Positions 1 through 10,491 of a stretch of 64,000 nt of DNA are shown here, one piece after another. Numbering within the stretch: the stretch's first letter is position 1; each line of letters starts with the position of its first letter. The stretch comes from an uncultured Bifidobacterium sp. (lineage in GTDB: Bacteria > Verrucomicrobiota > Verrucomicrobiia > Limisphaerales > JADLHS01): assembly GCA_964553795.1 (NCBI GenBank), contig CAZKMR010000001.1:19230-83229 (forward strand), read 5' to 3'. The position numbers and the translations under genes were made by a program. A model generated the notes under the pieces. The model saw only the letters and a list, made by a program, of their open reading frames with translations. It was not told the origin of the DNA and made no database searches.

Positions 1-1
1 G

Positions 2-1576
2 GCCGTGAACAACTCGGTGACACGCAGCTTTACGGTGACGGTAACCGAAGTGAACAGCGCGCCGACGATTTCGGCGATCGCGAATCAGACCATTATCTCC
101 GGCACCAACAGCGGCTTGCTGAACTTCACGATTGGTGACGTGGAATCGCCGGTGAATTCACTCGCGCTCACCGCCAGTTCGACCGTGCCCAGTCTCGTGC
201 CGGTGACGAACATCGTCTTCGGTGGCAACGGCAGCAATCGCACGGTGCGTATCACGCCCGTGGCGGGCTTGACGGGTATTTCCGATATTACGCTGACGGT
301 GAATGACGGCGCGGCCTCGGCGAACACAACGTTCCGCGTGACGGTGACCACGCCGCCGCCGGAACCGGGTCAGCTTTCCTTGACCAAATCGGGTTCGGGC
401 TCGATCTCTCCGGATTTATCGGCGACCACGTTGATCGTGGGTCAAACCTACACGGTGACGGCGACGCCGGCGGCCGGTTATGTGTTCTCCGGCTGGACGG
501 GCAGCATTCAATCCTCATCGCCGACAATTACTTTCACGATGACGTCCTCCTTCACGTTGCAGGCGAATTTCACAGTGAACCCCTACACGGCCACCGCGGC
601 AACGTATAACGGTTTGTTCTATGAAAACGCCGAAGTGCGCCTCACCAGCGCGGGCGCGTTCAATGTGTTCATGGACGGCAGCGGCAATTACTCCGGGTGG
701 GTGCAAATGGGTTACATGCGGCATCAACTCTCCGGCAAGTTCAGCTCGAATTTGCGCGCCACGAACGTGATCACACGCTGGAATGGCACATCGTTGACGG
801 TGGAATTGCAAATCGGTTCCGGCGCCACGCTCGGACAAATCACGGGTCGCGTGACGGACGGTACGTGGAACGCGCCGCTCTCCGGCGGTCGGTCCAGCGC
901 CACCTCGCCGTATGTCGGTGAATACACCGTGATGATTCCGGGCACGGCAAATAATGCGGCCCTGCCGGCGGGCGACGGATATGCCACGTTGCATGTGGCG
1001 GCCGACGGCCTTGGCACGATGAGCGGCACGTTGGCGGATGGTTCGATGTTCATGTGCTCGGCGTACGTTACGGAAAACGGCGATTGGCCGTTGCACGTGT
1101 CGCTGTATGCGGGCCAGGGCATCGTCATGAGTTGGTTGAACTTCACCAATCTTTCGAGCAGCGACGTGAGCGGCGACCTGGTCTGGATCAAAGCCGCGGG
1201 CGCCAGCGCCACGAGTTATCCGGCGGGCTTCACCGTCGGCACCAAAGCGGTGGGTTCGGCGTATGTCGCGCCGGAAGCCACGGGTAAAGCGGTGAATCTC
1301 TCCGGCGCCGTGGTCGCGTTCAGTGGAGGCGATCTCGCGACGTCCTTCAACAATGTGGTCAGCGTCAATGCGGGCAGTCAGGTCGTTAACCTGAGTCCGA
1401 ATACCATGTCTTTCAGTATCAATCCGGCTTCCGGCAGTTTCAGCGGCCAAGTGTTGGAGGCGGCCTCCGGGCAAACCCGCACGTTCGGCGGCGTGGTGCT
1501 GCAAAAACGCAATGCCGCCCATGGCTCAATGCAAGGGAACACGCAATCCAGTCGGGTGGTGTTGGCCGAGCCGTAA
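2..1576 (+). CDS. C-terminal part of a large secreted repeat/adhesin-like protein, 5' end cut by the window edge
   Basis: The ORF is open to the window edge. It has an Ig/cadherin-like module (VNSAPTISAIANQTI...ITLTVNDG) and a GYVFSGWTGS bacterial-repeat motif. It sits next to another large secreted protein. Confidence 0.6.
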   Translation, partial: AVNNSVTRSFTVTVTEVNSAPTISAIANQTIISGTNSGLLNFTIGDVESPVNSLALTASSTVPSLVPVTNIVFGGNGSNRTVRITPVAGLTGISDITLTVNDGAASANTTFRVTVTTPPPEPGQLSLTKSGSGSISPDLSATTLIVGQTYTVTATPAAGYVFSGWTGSIQSSSPTITFTMTSSFTLQANFTVNPYTATAATYNGLFYENAEVRLTSAGAFNVFMDGSGNYSGWVQMGYMRHQLSGKFSSNLRATNVITRWNGTSLTVELQIGSGATLGQITGRVTDGTWNAPLSGGRSSATSPYVGEYTVMIPGTANNAALPAGDGYATLHVAADGLGTMSGTLADGSMFMCSAYVTENGDWPLHVSLYAGQGIVMSWLNFTNLSSSDVSGDLVWIKAAGASATSYPAGFTVGTKAVGSAYVAPEATGKAVNLSGAVVAFSGGDLATSFNNVVSVNAGSQVVNLSPNTMSFSINPASGSFSGQVLEAASGQTRTFGGVVLQKRNAAHGSMQGNTQSSRVVLAEP

Positions 1577-1639
1577 GCCGCAAATTCTTTGGTCCCGTTC
1601 ACCACAGACAGTGTGGAGTAGGCGCACTAAAGGGGGAGA

Positions 1640-4600
1640 ATGAAGCAATCGACGGCACACCGTCGGACACAAAAGCAACGATCATACGCAAGTCGGCCCG
1701 GGCTGCTCGCCTTACTGGCCGCTTGCGGTTTTGGTTTGTTGACGAGCGCCGCTCCGGCCGCCCCGCGCAAAGTGCGAGTGCCCGACCCGGCCGCTGCGCA
1801 GGAACTGTTGTCGCGCGGCGGAAAACTCATCGCCGACTACGAAGGTTTTCAACTGATTGAAGTTGCGGAATCCACCGCAGTGCTGCAACCCACGCGTCGT
1901 CCCACAGTGGAATTGCCGGGCGACACCATCGAGTTGCAATCCGTTCGCATTGATACCCGATCCGCCGAGGCTCGGATGATGCGCAAAAAACGCGGCAGTT
2001 TTGTTGGCCGGCAGTTGCATCTGATTCAGTTTGCCGGGCCCATCCTGCCCGAGTGGCGCGAACGCCTCGAACGATGCGGCGTCAAGGTGATCAATTACGT
2101 GCCGCAAAACGCCTATCTCGTGCAGGGCGACGCGCCAGCGCTGGCGAAACTTCAGGAGTGGGCGGAAGTGACGAGTGCCGTGCAATGGGACGGCGACTTT
2201 GCCTCCGCCTACAAAATTCATCCGGGCGCGCGGGTGCGGAATGAGTTTGGCCAGGCGCAAAAACTCGACACGGACCTGTTTGCGATTCAACTCGTGGTGG
2301 ATGAGTACGAGAACGCGTCAACGTTGGCGTTGCTGGCGCGCGCGCAACTTGAGTCCGTGAAGCGGGACTTTCGCGTGCTGCAGTTTCGCAACCTGATCGT
2401 TCGTTTGCCGCCGGAAGTGCTCAGCGAAATCGCCGCCCAGCCGGATGTGATTTCGATTCAGCCGTACCTCTCTCCCGAGAAACAGGATGAGCGACAGGCG
2501 CAGATCATGGCCGGGCAATTGGCGGGAACTTCACTCATCGGACCTGGCTATCTCGATTGGCTCGCGCAGAAAGGTTTTTCACAGGCGCAATTCGACGCGT
2601 CGGGATTTGTCGTGGATGTCACGGACAGCGGAATTGACAATGGTACCACGACGCCCGGGCATTTCGGGCTCTACACTCACGGCAATCCCGCGTTGGCAAG
2701 TCGCGTGGCCTACAATCGCATCGAAGGCACGGCGCACAGTGGCGGCACAACGACCGGATGCGACGGTCATGGCAATCTCAACGCGCACATTCTCGCGGGC
2801 TATAGCGATCGGACGGGTGGATTTCCGCATACGGACAGCGCGGGTTTTCGGTATGGATTGGGCGTGTGTCCATTCGTGCGCGTCGGCGCGTCGGTGGTGT
2901 TCGATCCATTTCAATTCACCTATCCGAATTATGCCGATTTGCAATCGCGCGCCTACGCGGACGGCGCGCGCATCAGCGCGAACAGTTGGGGCATGACCAA
3001 CAATACTTACACGGTGGATGCGCAGGCGTTTGATGCATTGGTACGCGACGCGCAACCGGACGGAGCGGCCGTGTCCGCGCCGGGTAATCAGGAAATGGTC
3101 ATTGTGTTCGCGGCGGGAAATCGTGGCAGTACGGCCCACACCGTCGGAGCGCCGGGCACCGCCAAGAATGTGATTACCGTTGGTGCTTCGGAGAATGTGC
3201 GTTCGCTCAACACCGCCAGCGGCGGCAAAAGCGCGATGGGCAATGATGGGTGCGGTTACTCGGATGTGAGCGCGGATGCGGCCACGGATTTGGCGACCTT
3301 TTCAAGTCGCGGCCCGTGCAGCGACGGGCGGCAGAAACCCGATTTGGTCGCGCCCGGCTCGCACATCGTGGGTGGTGCGCCTCAATCTGCGCCATCGCTC
3401 GAAGGTTTGGGAAATGCATTGTCCTGCTTCACGGCATCGAGTCTCTGCGTGCAAAGCGGTGGCGGCGTGATGGGTAGCACCAACAATTTCTTTCCGCTAG
3501 GACAACAGTTCTACACGGTTTCTTCGGGCACAAGTCACGCCGCGCCCGCCGTCGCGGGCGCATGCGCATTGTTGCGTCAGTATTTCTTGAACCAGGGTTG
3601 GAACGCGCCCAGTCCGGCGATGACCAAGGCGTTTCTCATGAATTCGACGCGGTTTTTGACCGGTGCGGGTGCGAACGACAATTTATGGTCGCCGGGGCAG
3701 GGCATGGGGGCAGTGAATCTGGGGCGTGCGCTTGATGGCGTGTCGCGCATCTTGCGGGATCAGCGGGAGGCGGACACGTTCACGGCATCCGGTCAATCGC
3801 GGGTGTTCACCGGACGAATTGTCGCTACGAATGAACCGGTGCGCGTGACTGTCGCGTGGACCGATGCTCCGGGCAGCACCACGGGCAATGCATTTAATAA
3901 TGACCTGGATTTAATCGTTGAAGTTGGTGGCAGCACTTATCTCGGCAATCGGTTCAGCGGAGCTTACTCGATTCCCGGCGGCAGTGCTGACGCCCGCAAC
4001 AATGTCGAAAGTGTACTGTTGCCGACGGGAACTTCCGGAGACTTAGTGATCACCATCCTGGCGGCGAATATCAATTCCGATGGCGTTCCGAATTACGGAG
4101 GTGGTCTGGATCAGGATTTCGCACTGGTGGTTTACAACGCTACGAATACGACCGTGCCGCGAATCGCCAGTGCCGGCAGTTCCATCGTCGCCGAGGGTTT
4201 CTTCCCGACGAATAACGCCATTGATCCAGGTGAAATGGTAGTGGTGCAATTGGCTTTGAGAAATACCGGGACGGCCACCGCTACCAATCTCCAGGTCAGT
4301 TTGTTGAATGCCGGGGGAATTAATTCAGCGAGCGGACCGCAATCGTATGGCGATTTGGTTAACGACGGTCAGTCGGTGAGCCGCAGTTTTACTTTTACCG
4401 CTGCATCGGGCGTTTGTGGGAGTGCGATTACGGCGCAATTTCAGCTTCAAGATGACACGGGCGATCTGGGGATGTTGACGTTGGAATGGCCGTTAGGCTT
4501 GCAGACGGTGGAAACCTCGCACTTCACGAATAATACGGCGCTGACGATCCCGGATAGCGGCCCGGCTTCGGTCTATCCGTCCGCAATCAATGTTTCCGGT

Positions 4601-5941
4601 TTGAGCGGTGTGGTGCAAAAAGTGACGGCGACGTTGCGTGGGTTCAGTCACGAATGGCCGGACGATGTAGATGTGCTTTTGGTTGGGCCGGGCGGCCAAA
4701 AGGTTTTGCTAATGTCGGATTGCGGCGGTGGCAACGCGCGCAACGGAATTACGGTCACGTTTGATTCAGCAGCGGCGAACTCGGTGCCCGACAGCGGGGC
4801 GATTAGCAGTGGCACGTATAGGCCGACGAACTACGATGCAACGACGGATAATTTTGTCGTTCCGGCGCCGGGGGCGCCATATGGCACGTCTTTAGCCACG
4901 TTCAACAATACTAATCCTAACGGAGCGTGGTCGCTTTACATCCAGGACGACGGAGCAATTGACAGTGGCAGCCTGACGCAGGGGTGGGTGTTGAGCCTTA
5001 CCACGTCGAATCTCGCGTGTGTTTCCGGCGTCGATAATCGGGCTAGTTTGAACCTAACAATGCACACGGCTACTAATCCCGTGTTCACCGGAAGTAACTT
5101 TAGGCTGACGATTTCTGTGACCAATGAAGGTCCGGACGCGGCGGGATTTGTCAGCGTCACCAACGTCTTGCCAGTGGCGTTCGTTGTGGACGGTTTCTCG
5201 GCAACGGTCGGCAGCGTTGTGACGAACGGCAACGTTGTTGTTTGGTCGCTCGGAAATCTGGCGGCGGGTGCGATGAGCACATTGACCATCGAGGGTCGCT
5301 TTCTGTTGGCGGGAAATTTCAGCTTCAACGCCACCGCCGGGAGTGTCACGACGGAATCCAACTTGGTTGATAACGTCGCGACGACATCGGTTTCCGTGTT
5401 CAAGGCGGGCGGTCCGCTGGTGGTGGGAACAACGAACACGCCGCCGGGGTTGGCGCCGATTGCCGATCGGGTCATTCATGCCGGAGCAACATTGTTTGTT
5501 ACGAACACCGCGACTGATGCGGAAACGCCTGCCGCGTTGCACTTCAGTTTCGGGTCCGCGCCGCCAGCCGGCGCAACGATTGATGCCGACTCGGGACTGA
5601 TCTCCTGGGTCACGACCGATCAGGACGCTAACACCACCAACCATTTCTTGGTGCGGGTCAGTGATGCAGGCAGTCCGGCGTTGACGGATGCCAAGTCTTT
5701 CCTGGTGGCAGTCGTGAGTCGTCCGTTGATCACCAATATTGCCGTGACCAACAGCGTGGTGCGCGTGTCGTGGACGACGTTGCCCGGGCAAGCGTATCAG
5801 TTGCAACGCAGCACAAATCTGATGGCGGGCGAATGGTCAGCGGTCGTGCCGGAGGTTCGGGCTACTGGTGCGCTGGTGACCGAAACGAATGTAATTGATG
5901 CCACACCGCAGCAATTCTATCGCGTGCTGGTCCTGCCTTGA
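1640..5941 (+). CDS. Secreted subtilisin-family (S8) serine peptidase with a proprotein-convertase P-domain and C-terminal adhesin-like repeats
   Basis: ATG at 1640 is preceded by GGGGGAG, and the N-terminus is hydrophobic and signal-like. S8 triad motifs are present: VVDVTDSGID (Asp), HGNLNAHILAG (His), SGTSHAAPAVAG (Ser). A P-domain-like segment reads GFSHEWPDDVDVLLVGPGGQKVLLMSDCGG. The C-terminus has DUF11-like and cadherin-like repeats. Confidence 0.85.
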   Translation: MKQSTAHRRTQKQRSYASRPGLLALLAACGFGLLTSAAPAAPRKVRVPDPAAAQELLSRGGKLIADYEGFQLIEVAESTAVLQPTRRPTVELPGDTIELQSVRIDTRSAEARMMRKKRGSFVGRQLHLIQFAGPILPEWRERLERCGVKVINYVPQNAYLVQGDAPALAKLQEWAEVTSAVQWDGDFASAYKIHPGARVRNEFGQAQKLDTDLFAIQLVVDEYENASTLALLARAQLESVKRDFRVLQFRNLIVRLPPEVLSEIAAQPDVISIQPYLSPEKQDERQAQIMAGQLAGTSLIGPGYLDWLAQKGFSQAQFDASGFVVDVTDSGIDNGTTTPGHFGLYTHGNPALASRVAYNRIEGTAHSGGTTTGCDGHGNLNAHILAGYSDRTGGFPHTDSAGFRYGLGVCPFVRVGASVVFDPFQFTYPNYADLQSRAYADGARISANSWGMTNNTYTVDAQAFDALVRDAQPDGAAVSAPGNQEMVIVFAAGNRGSTAHTVGAPGTAKNVITVGASENVRSLNTASGGKSAMGNDGCGYSDVSADAATDLATFSSRGPCSDGRQKPDLVAPGSHIVGGAPQSAPSLEGLGNALSCFTASSLCVQSGGGVMGSTNNFFPLGQQFYTVSSGTSHAAPAVAGACALLRQYFLNQGWNAPSPAMTKAFLMNSTRFLTGAGANDNLWSPGQGMGAVNLGRALDGVSRILRDQREADTFTASGQSRVFTGRIVATNEPVRVTVAWTDAPGSTTGNAFNNDLDLIVEVGGSTYLGNRFSGAYSIPGGSADARNNVESVLLPTGTSGDLVITILAANINSDGVPNYGGGLDQDFALVVYNATNTTVPRIASAGSSIVAEGFFPTNNAIDPGEMVVVQLALRNTGTATATNLQVSLLNAGGINSASGPQSYGDLVNDGQSVSRSFTFTAASGVCGSAITAQFQLQDDTGDLGMLTLEWPLGLQTVETSHFTNNTALTIPDSGPASVYPSAINVSGLSGVVQKVTATLRGFSHEWPDDVDVLLVGPGGQKVLLMSDCGGGNARNGITVTFDSAAANSVPDSGAISSGTYRPTNYDATTDNFVVPAPGAPYGTSLATFNNTNPNGAWSLYIQDDGAIDSGSLTQGWVLSLTTSNLACVSGVDNRASLNLTMHTATNPVFTGSNFRLTISVTNEGPDAAGFVSVTNVLPVAFVVDGFSATVGSVVTNGNVVVWSLGNLAAGAMSTLTIEGRFLLAGNFSFNATAGSVTTESNLVDNVATTSVSVFKAGGPLVVGTTNTPPGLAPIADRVIHAGATLFVTNTATDAETPAALHFSFGSAPPAGATIDADSGLISWVTTDQDANTTNHFLVRVSDAGSPALTDAKSFLVAVVSRPLITNIAVTNSVVRVSWTTLPGQAYQLQRSTNLMAGEWSAVVPEVRATGALVTETNVIDATPQQFYRVLVLP

Positions 5942-6018
5942 CGTGCGGTTATTAGTCGTCGTGTTTGCGACTCGAATTGTTTTTGCAATTCGCTGAGCCG
6001 CCCCACAAAATTGCCCGC

Positions 6019-6393
6019 GTGACTTCGCCTCTGGCAATTCTGTTCTACGAAGATTTGATTCCCGGCAGCCAACTCGTCAATCGGTTGCAGGACCAACGCT
6101 ACCGGGTTCATGTCGCCGGTTCGCCGGAGGAACTGCTTTCAGTGGCAGCCAGCGCCGGGCCCATGTTAATTCTTGCGGATCTGGTTTCCAAACGGACGGA
6201 TGTTTGTGCGCTCATTCAGAAGTTACGAACCGATGCCGCCACGGCACACGTGCCCGTGATCGGTTTTGCGGACGAAGCGGAGTTGGATTTGCAGGCTCGC
6301 GGCAAGGCCGCTGGCGCAGCGTTGGTCGTGTCGGACGCGGCCATCATTCCGCATCTGAACCAGTTCATTGAACGGGCGTTACAGGTGGAATGA
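6019..6393 (+). CDS. Single-domain CheY-like receiver protein (atypical)
   Basis: Receiver-like pattern: AILFYEDL (acidic pair), MLILADL (phospho-Asp position), PVIGFAD. The usual K-P motif is not evident. The start is uncertain: GTG 6019 is preferred over TTG 5965. Confidence 0.5.
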   Translation: MTSPLAILFYEDLIPGSQLVNRLQDQRYRVHVAGSPEELLSVAASAGPMLILADLVSKRTDVCALIQKLRTDAATAHVPVIGFADEAELDLQARGKAAGAALVVSDAAIIPHLNQFIERALQVE

Positions 6394-6424
6394 CCCCCTG
6401 GGACACAGGGGCTCAAACAAAGGC

Positions 6425-6452
6425 TTGACCTCGCAAGAATTGTTTCTATTGT
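6425..6452 (+). promoter_or_regulatory. Putative sigma-70-type promoter of cspA (TTGACC-N16-TATTGT)
   Basis: TTGACC at 6425-6430 and TATTGT at 6447-6452 are separated by a 16-nt spacer. This would give a 5' UTR of roughly 100 nt, typical of cold-shock genes. Confidence 0.35.
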
Positions 6453-6560
6453 CGCATTTGTTGCCGTAATCAGACACCCAATCACGCATAAACCGCACGG
6501 ATGCGATTATTGTTTGCTGTGGTTTGAGGGTGACGATTCGGTGACATTCAGGAGAGAAAT

Positions 6561-6764
6561 ATGGCTAGTGGTAAAGTTAAGTGGTTCGACAATAAGAAAG
6601 GGTTTGGCTTTATCGCCCAGGAGACCGGGCAGGACGTATTCGTGCATCACACGTCCATCATGGGTTCAGGCTTCAAAACCTTGATTGAAGGTGAAGTCGT
6701 AACCTTTGAGGTAATCAGCAGTGACAAAGGTCTCAAAGCCCAAAATGTTCAGCGCAATTTATAG
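6561..6764 (+). CDS. cspA: Cold-shock protein, CspA family
   Basis: 67 aa with RNP1/RNP2 motifs KGFGFI and VFVHH. AGGAGAG lies upstream of the ATG. Confidence 0.95.
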   Translation: MASGKVKWFDNKKGFGFIAQETGQDVFVHHTSIMGSGFKTLIEGEVVTFEVISSDKGLKAQNVQRNL

Positions 6765-6841
6765 CGCCTGAACTTCAGGGTTTGCTGCCAAGCGGGAAAA
6801 ATTGCGTCGCTCTTACCGACGCCCTCCGGTATCTTACACCC

Positions 6842-8038
6842 ATGCCGGAATCTGCCGTCGCACCTGTCACCAGCCTCTATGTTCACGTTCCCTTCTGCGC
6901 GCAGAAGTGCGAATACTGCGCATTTTTTTCCGAGGCTTCCAGTGGCGAGTTGATCAATCGCTACACGCGGGCCCTCCAACGGGAACTGGAATTGGTCGCG
7001 GCAGACTTGTGCCCGCGGACCGTATTTTTTGGCGGCGGTACGCCCTCCTTGCTGAACTTGCGCCAATGGGAAGCCGTGCTGGGGATGATGGAGCGACTGA
7101 ACTTGCTTGGCGCTGAAGAGTTCTCCGTCGAATGCAATCCCGCCACGGTCTCACTCGACAAAGCAAAATTATTGCGCGACTTCGGCGTGAACCGGATTTC
7201 GATGGGGGTGCAATCGCTGGATGAGCAGTTGCTCGAACGCCTCGGACGCGTGCATTCGCGGGAAATGGTTTTCAAGTCATTCGATATTTTGCGTCAGGCC
7301 GGATTCGACAATGTGAACGTGGACCTCATGTTTGCGATCCCTGGTCAAACGATGGCTATCTGGCAAGCCACACTCGATGAAGCACTGGCCTTAGGCAGCG
7401 AACACCTTTCCTGTTACGAAGTCATTTATGAGGAAGACACGCCGTTGTTCGCGCAAATGAATGCGGGAGAGTTCGATGTAGATGAAGATCTCGCGTGCGA
7501 CATGTTTGAAGCACTCGTGGTGCGTTCTGCCGCCGCGGGATTCCACCAATATGAAATCGCCAATTTCGCGCGGGACGTCCGATTAAACGATTTCGCCGCG
7601 GTTGGCCCGGCAACCGTCGATCCGCAAATCCCGCGACTCGCGTGCCAACACAACATCAACTACTGGCGCGGCGGCAATTTTTATGGCCTTGGTCCGAGCG
7701 CGACAGGCTATGTTCGCGGCGTGCGGACGAAGAATTGGTCCAACACACAACTCTACTGCGAGCAACTGGAAAAAGGCCGGCGAGCCATCGAATCGCGCGA
7801 GGAATTTCCGCCTTTGAAACGCGCCGGCGAAACGGCGGCCTTCGGATTGCGGATGAATGCCGGTTGGCCCTACGCCGAATTTCAACGGGTGACGGGTCAT
7901 GACTTGCGTCGAGATTGGGCGGCGGACATGGACTCGCTGGTGCAAAAAGGTTGGGGCATTCGCTCGGCCGACCGGTTTCAGTTGTCGTCGCGCGGATTGC
8001 GTTTTGCAGACGCCGCCGCCGAAGCTTTTCTCCGCTGA
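6842..8038 (+). CDS. hemW: Radical SAM HemN-like protein / heme chaperone HemW
   Basis: LYVHVPFCAQKCEYCAFF (CxxxCxxC radical SAM motif), GGGTPS, and a HemN C-terminal region. Internal ATG 6842 is preferred over the longest ORF start at 6782. Confidence 0.85.
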   Translation: MPESAVAPVTSLYVHVPFCAQKCEYCAFFSEASSGELINRYTRALQRELELVAADLCPRTVFFGGGTPSLLNLRQWEAVLGMMERLNLLGAEEFSVECNPATVSLDKAKLLRDFGVNRISMGVQSLDEQLLERLGRVHSREMVFKSFDILRQAGFDNVNVDLMFAIPGQTMAIWQATLDEALALGSEHLSCYEVIYEEDTPLFAQMNAGEFDVDEDLACDMFEALVVRSAAAGFHQYEIANFARDVRLNDFAAVGPATVDPQIPRLACQHNINYWRGGNFYGLGPSATGYVRGVRTKNWSNTQLYCEQLEKGRRAIESREEFPPLKRAGETAAFGLRMNAGWPYAEFQRVTGHDLRRDWAADMDSLVQKGWGIRSADRFQLSSRGLRFADAAAEAFLR

Positions 8039-8042
8039 AATC

Positions 8043-8741
8043 ATGGAACAACTGCCGCCGCTGACTCCGGCCACGCTTTATCTGGTGGCAACGCCCATTG
8101 GCAATCTCGAAGACATCACGCTTCGGGCGTTGCGCGTCCTGAAGGAATGCGACGTGGTGGCGGCGGAAGACACGCGCCGTTCCGGCCAACTGCTGAAACA
8201 CTTCGGGTTGTCCAAACCGCTGCTGAGTTATTTTCAGTTCAACGAAGCCAAACGGAGCGAAGAAATCCTCGCTCGACTGCAACGCGGCGAAAAAATCGCC
8301 CTCGTCACGGATGCGGGCAGCCCCGGCATCAGCGATCCCGGGGAGCGCATCGTGAAAGCGGCCATTGCGGCGGGTTTCCGGGTGGAAGCCGTGCCTGGCG
8401 CATGCGCTCTGGTGGCGGGTTTGACAGCCAGTGGATTGCCGACGGATGAATTTCACTTCATCGGATTTCTCCCGCACAAATCCGGGCAACGGCGGAATAA
8501 ACTGGAATCGCTCCAATCGGTAGCCGGAACGCTGGTGCTTTACGAATCGCCGTATCGCATCGAGAAACTCCTCGGTGAATTGAGCGAAGTTTATCCGGAA
8601 CGCATCGTCGTGCTCGCGCGGGAATTGACGAAAAAATTCGAGGAATTTCGGCGCGGCAAACCCGCTGAACTTCTCGAGCAGTCCAAGACCCGCAGCTTGA
8701 AAGGCGAATTTGTCGTGCTGATCGCGCCCGCCAGCGACTGA
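8043..8741 (+). CDS. rsmI: 16S rRNA (cytidine1402-2'-O)-methyltransferase
   Basis: LYLVATPIGNLEDITLRALRVLKECDVVAAEDTR and TDAGSPGISDPG are tetrapyrrole-methylase-fold RsmI signatures. The start is ATG 8043. Confidence 0.9.
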   Translation: MEQLPPLTPATLYLVATPIGNLEDITLRALRVLKECDVVAAEDTRRSGQLLKHFGLSKPLLSYFQFNEAKRSEEILARLQRGEKIALVTDAGSPGISDPGERIVKAAIAAGFRVEAVPGACALVAGLTASGLPTDEFHFIGFLPHKSGQRRNKLESLQSVAGTLVLYESPYRIEKLLGELSEVYPERIVVLARELTKKFEEFRRGKPAELLEQSKTRSLKGEFVVLIAPASD

Positions 8742-8759
8742 GCACGAAAACTTGTGGCG

Positions 8760-9467
8760 CTAGATATTTTTGCCATGCCCCTGCGCCACGAACTTGCGGA
8801 TGACGCGCATTTCTTCTTCGCCGGCAATCGTGTGCGGCTTCATGAATTCGTGCCACTCGATATTCAGCCCCGCGCCCTTTGCCTGCTGAACTTGTTGCCG
8901 AGTGCGCGCAAACGGCACGAGGGGATCATGAGTGCCGTGCGTCACCAGAAAACGCTGCTGTTTCGCGAGTGGGGTCAGCGCCGTCAACACTTGCTCGGCG
9001 TCGCAAATCCACCCGCTGATGCCGACCAGTCCGGCAAACTGATGTGGATAGTGCAAGCCGACGTCGATGGTCATCAGGCAACCTTGCGAGAAGCCGCCGA
9101 GTGTAGTTGTTTCGGTGGGAAAACCCTTGGCGCGTTGCGCGTCGAGCAGTGCAAACAGAAGTTGCCGACTGCGTTTGACAGTGCCGACGGTGTCGCCGTC
9201 AATGTCGAACCACGAGAAGCCGCCGTAGTAATCGTCCGGCGCATTCACGAGCAGATAATTCAGCCACGGCAGCCGCATCGCCTCCGGCAGCCAGCGATAA
9301 CCTTCGATGCTGTCGCCCAAGCCGTGCAGCATAATCATTAGATGTTTCGACCCGGAATCAGTCGCGGGCAATAATTCACTGTGAAGCATAAAGTCAGAGG
9401 CCAGAAAATCGTAATCTTGAATCACACCGCGCGAGTCATTCGGCATTCGGCGGGGCGGCCAATTCAC
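8760..9467 (-). CDS. Phospholipase/carboxylesterase-family alpha/beta hydrolase
   Basis: LMIMLHGLGDS and a GFSQG nucleophile elbow, with a C-terminal HG..D region. The true start may be the internal Met at 9389, because the longest ORF overlaps the upstream gene end. Confidence 0.75.
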   Translation of the reverse strand: MNWPPRRMPNDSRGVIQDYDFLASDFMLHSELLPATDSGSKHLMIMLHGLGDSIEGYRWLPEAMRLPWLNYLLVNAPDDYYGGFSWFDIDGDTVGTVKRSRQLLFALLDAQRAKGFPTETTTLGGFSQGCLMTIDVGLHYPHQFAGLVGISGWICDAEQVLTALTPLAKQQRFLVTHGTHDPLVPFARTRQQVQQAKGAGLNIEWHEFMKPHTIAGEEEMRVIRKFVAQGHGKNI

Positions 9468-10278
9468 GGATGGCGGTTTGGATTTGTTGTAATAACTCAG
9501 CGGAGGGACGCAACTCTGCGAGCGTTGTTTGGTCTGAGCGCGCCCCGGCGTCCAGCCACCAATACACCACGGCTAGTTGCGTTTCGCTCAATTGCGGTTT
9601 GCCGGCGGGCGGCATGTGGTCGTCGTCATCCTCCGGCAGCCGCAGGCGATTTCCGAGCAAACTGTATTCAGCGCCGGGCGGATCCAGCGGCGGCCCGGAA
9701 TCCCCGCCTTTGACCAGATGCGCGGCGGTGTCGAGTCGCAAACCGCCTTTGTTTTTCTGCGCCCCGTGACAACTGACGCAATACTCGTCGAAGAGCGGTT
9801 GAATTACCGTCGCGTAAACCGGCTGCGCGGCGAGTTGCTCGGTGGTTGCCGGTTGAGCCGGCTTTGCTTTGGATTTCGGCCAGGCGAGAAAATCGCTGCC
9901 ATGCGTCAGCGATCCGCCAAAATGGCTGGCGACGCCGAGCAACAGGATGGTGACCAACAAACTGCGCCGATAGGCCGTGAACCACCCGCGTTGGCGAATA
10001 ATCCACAACAGACCGACCGCGCCAGCCACCGCCGTGCCGAGCCAGCGATGCCAAAAAAGTGCTTGCGCGTCGTATTTGCCATCGGCCGCGAGAAACCACC
10101 CGCAGACCACGCTGGCTAACGCCGCCGGAATGCTGAGCAGGAGAATGACGCGATTTGCGGTGGCCAACTCCTTCCAGTTCGGGCGCAACGCCAGCCATTC
10201 CAGCGCGCCTAATAGCAATAAGAAGCCAATCGGCAAATGAACAAATAACGGATGAAACTTTCCAAGATATTCAATCAT
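9436..10278 (-). CDS. Integral membrane protein with a C-terminal c-type cytochrome domain (Planctomycete-type)
   Basis: Several N-terminal TM helices (FVHLPIGFLLLLGALEWL...) followed by the heme-binding motif CVSCHGAQKNKGGLRLD. Confidence 0.7.
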   Translation of the reverse strand: MIEYLGKFHPLFVHLPIGFLLLLGALEWLALRPNWKELATANRVILLLSIPAALASVVCGWFLAADGKYDAQALFWHRWLGTAVAGAVGLLWIIRQRGWFTAYRRSLLVTILLLGVASHFGGSLTHGSDFLAWPKSKAKPAQPATTEQLAAQPVYATVIQPLFDEYCVSCHGAQKNKGGLRLDTAAHLVKGGDSGPPLDPPGAEYSLLGNRLRLPEDDDDHMPPAGKPQLSETQLAVVYWWLDAGARSDQTTLAELRPSAELLQQIQTAIRELAAPPNAE

Positions 10279-10430
10279 GGTTGAAACCGGATCGTGATTT
10301 CGCGCTCAGAATTAACGAAACTACGCGTCTCACTCAACTGGATTGTACGATGCGCCGCGGGCCCGGAAGTTCCGGGCCGCCGGTCGGCACAGTTCCGTTG
10401 CGGGTTGTTCTAATCAACTACTCGCAAGAA

Positions 10431-10448
10431 TTGCATGATGTAATGCAA
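10431..10448. promoter_or_regulatory. Palindrome TTGCAT-N6-ATGCAA, possible operator in a divergent promoter region
   Basis: Perfect 6-bp inverted arms lie 44 nt upstream of ATG 10492. No regulator can be assigned. Confidence 0.25.
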
Positions 10449-10491
10449 AGGACAGCTTGCCGCACGCGCCCAAAAAAGTAGATATTTAAAT

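Noticed and set aside
6767-6785. CCTGAA-C-TTCAGG followed by GTTTG after cspA, considered as a terminator.
   Set aside because: The loop is too small unless the stem shrinks to 4 bp, and the T-tract is weak.
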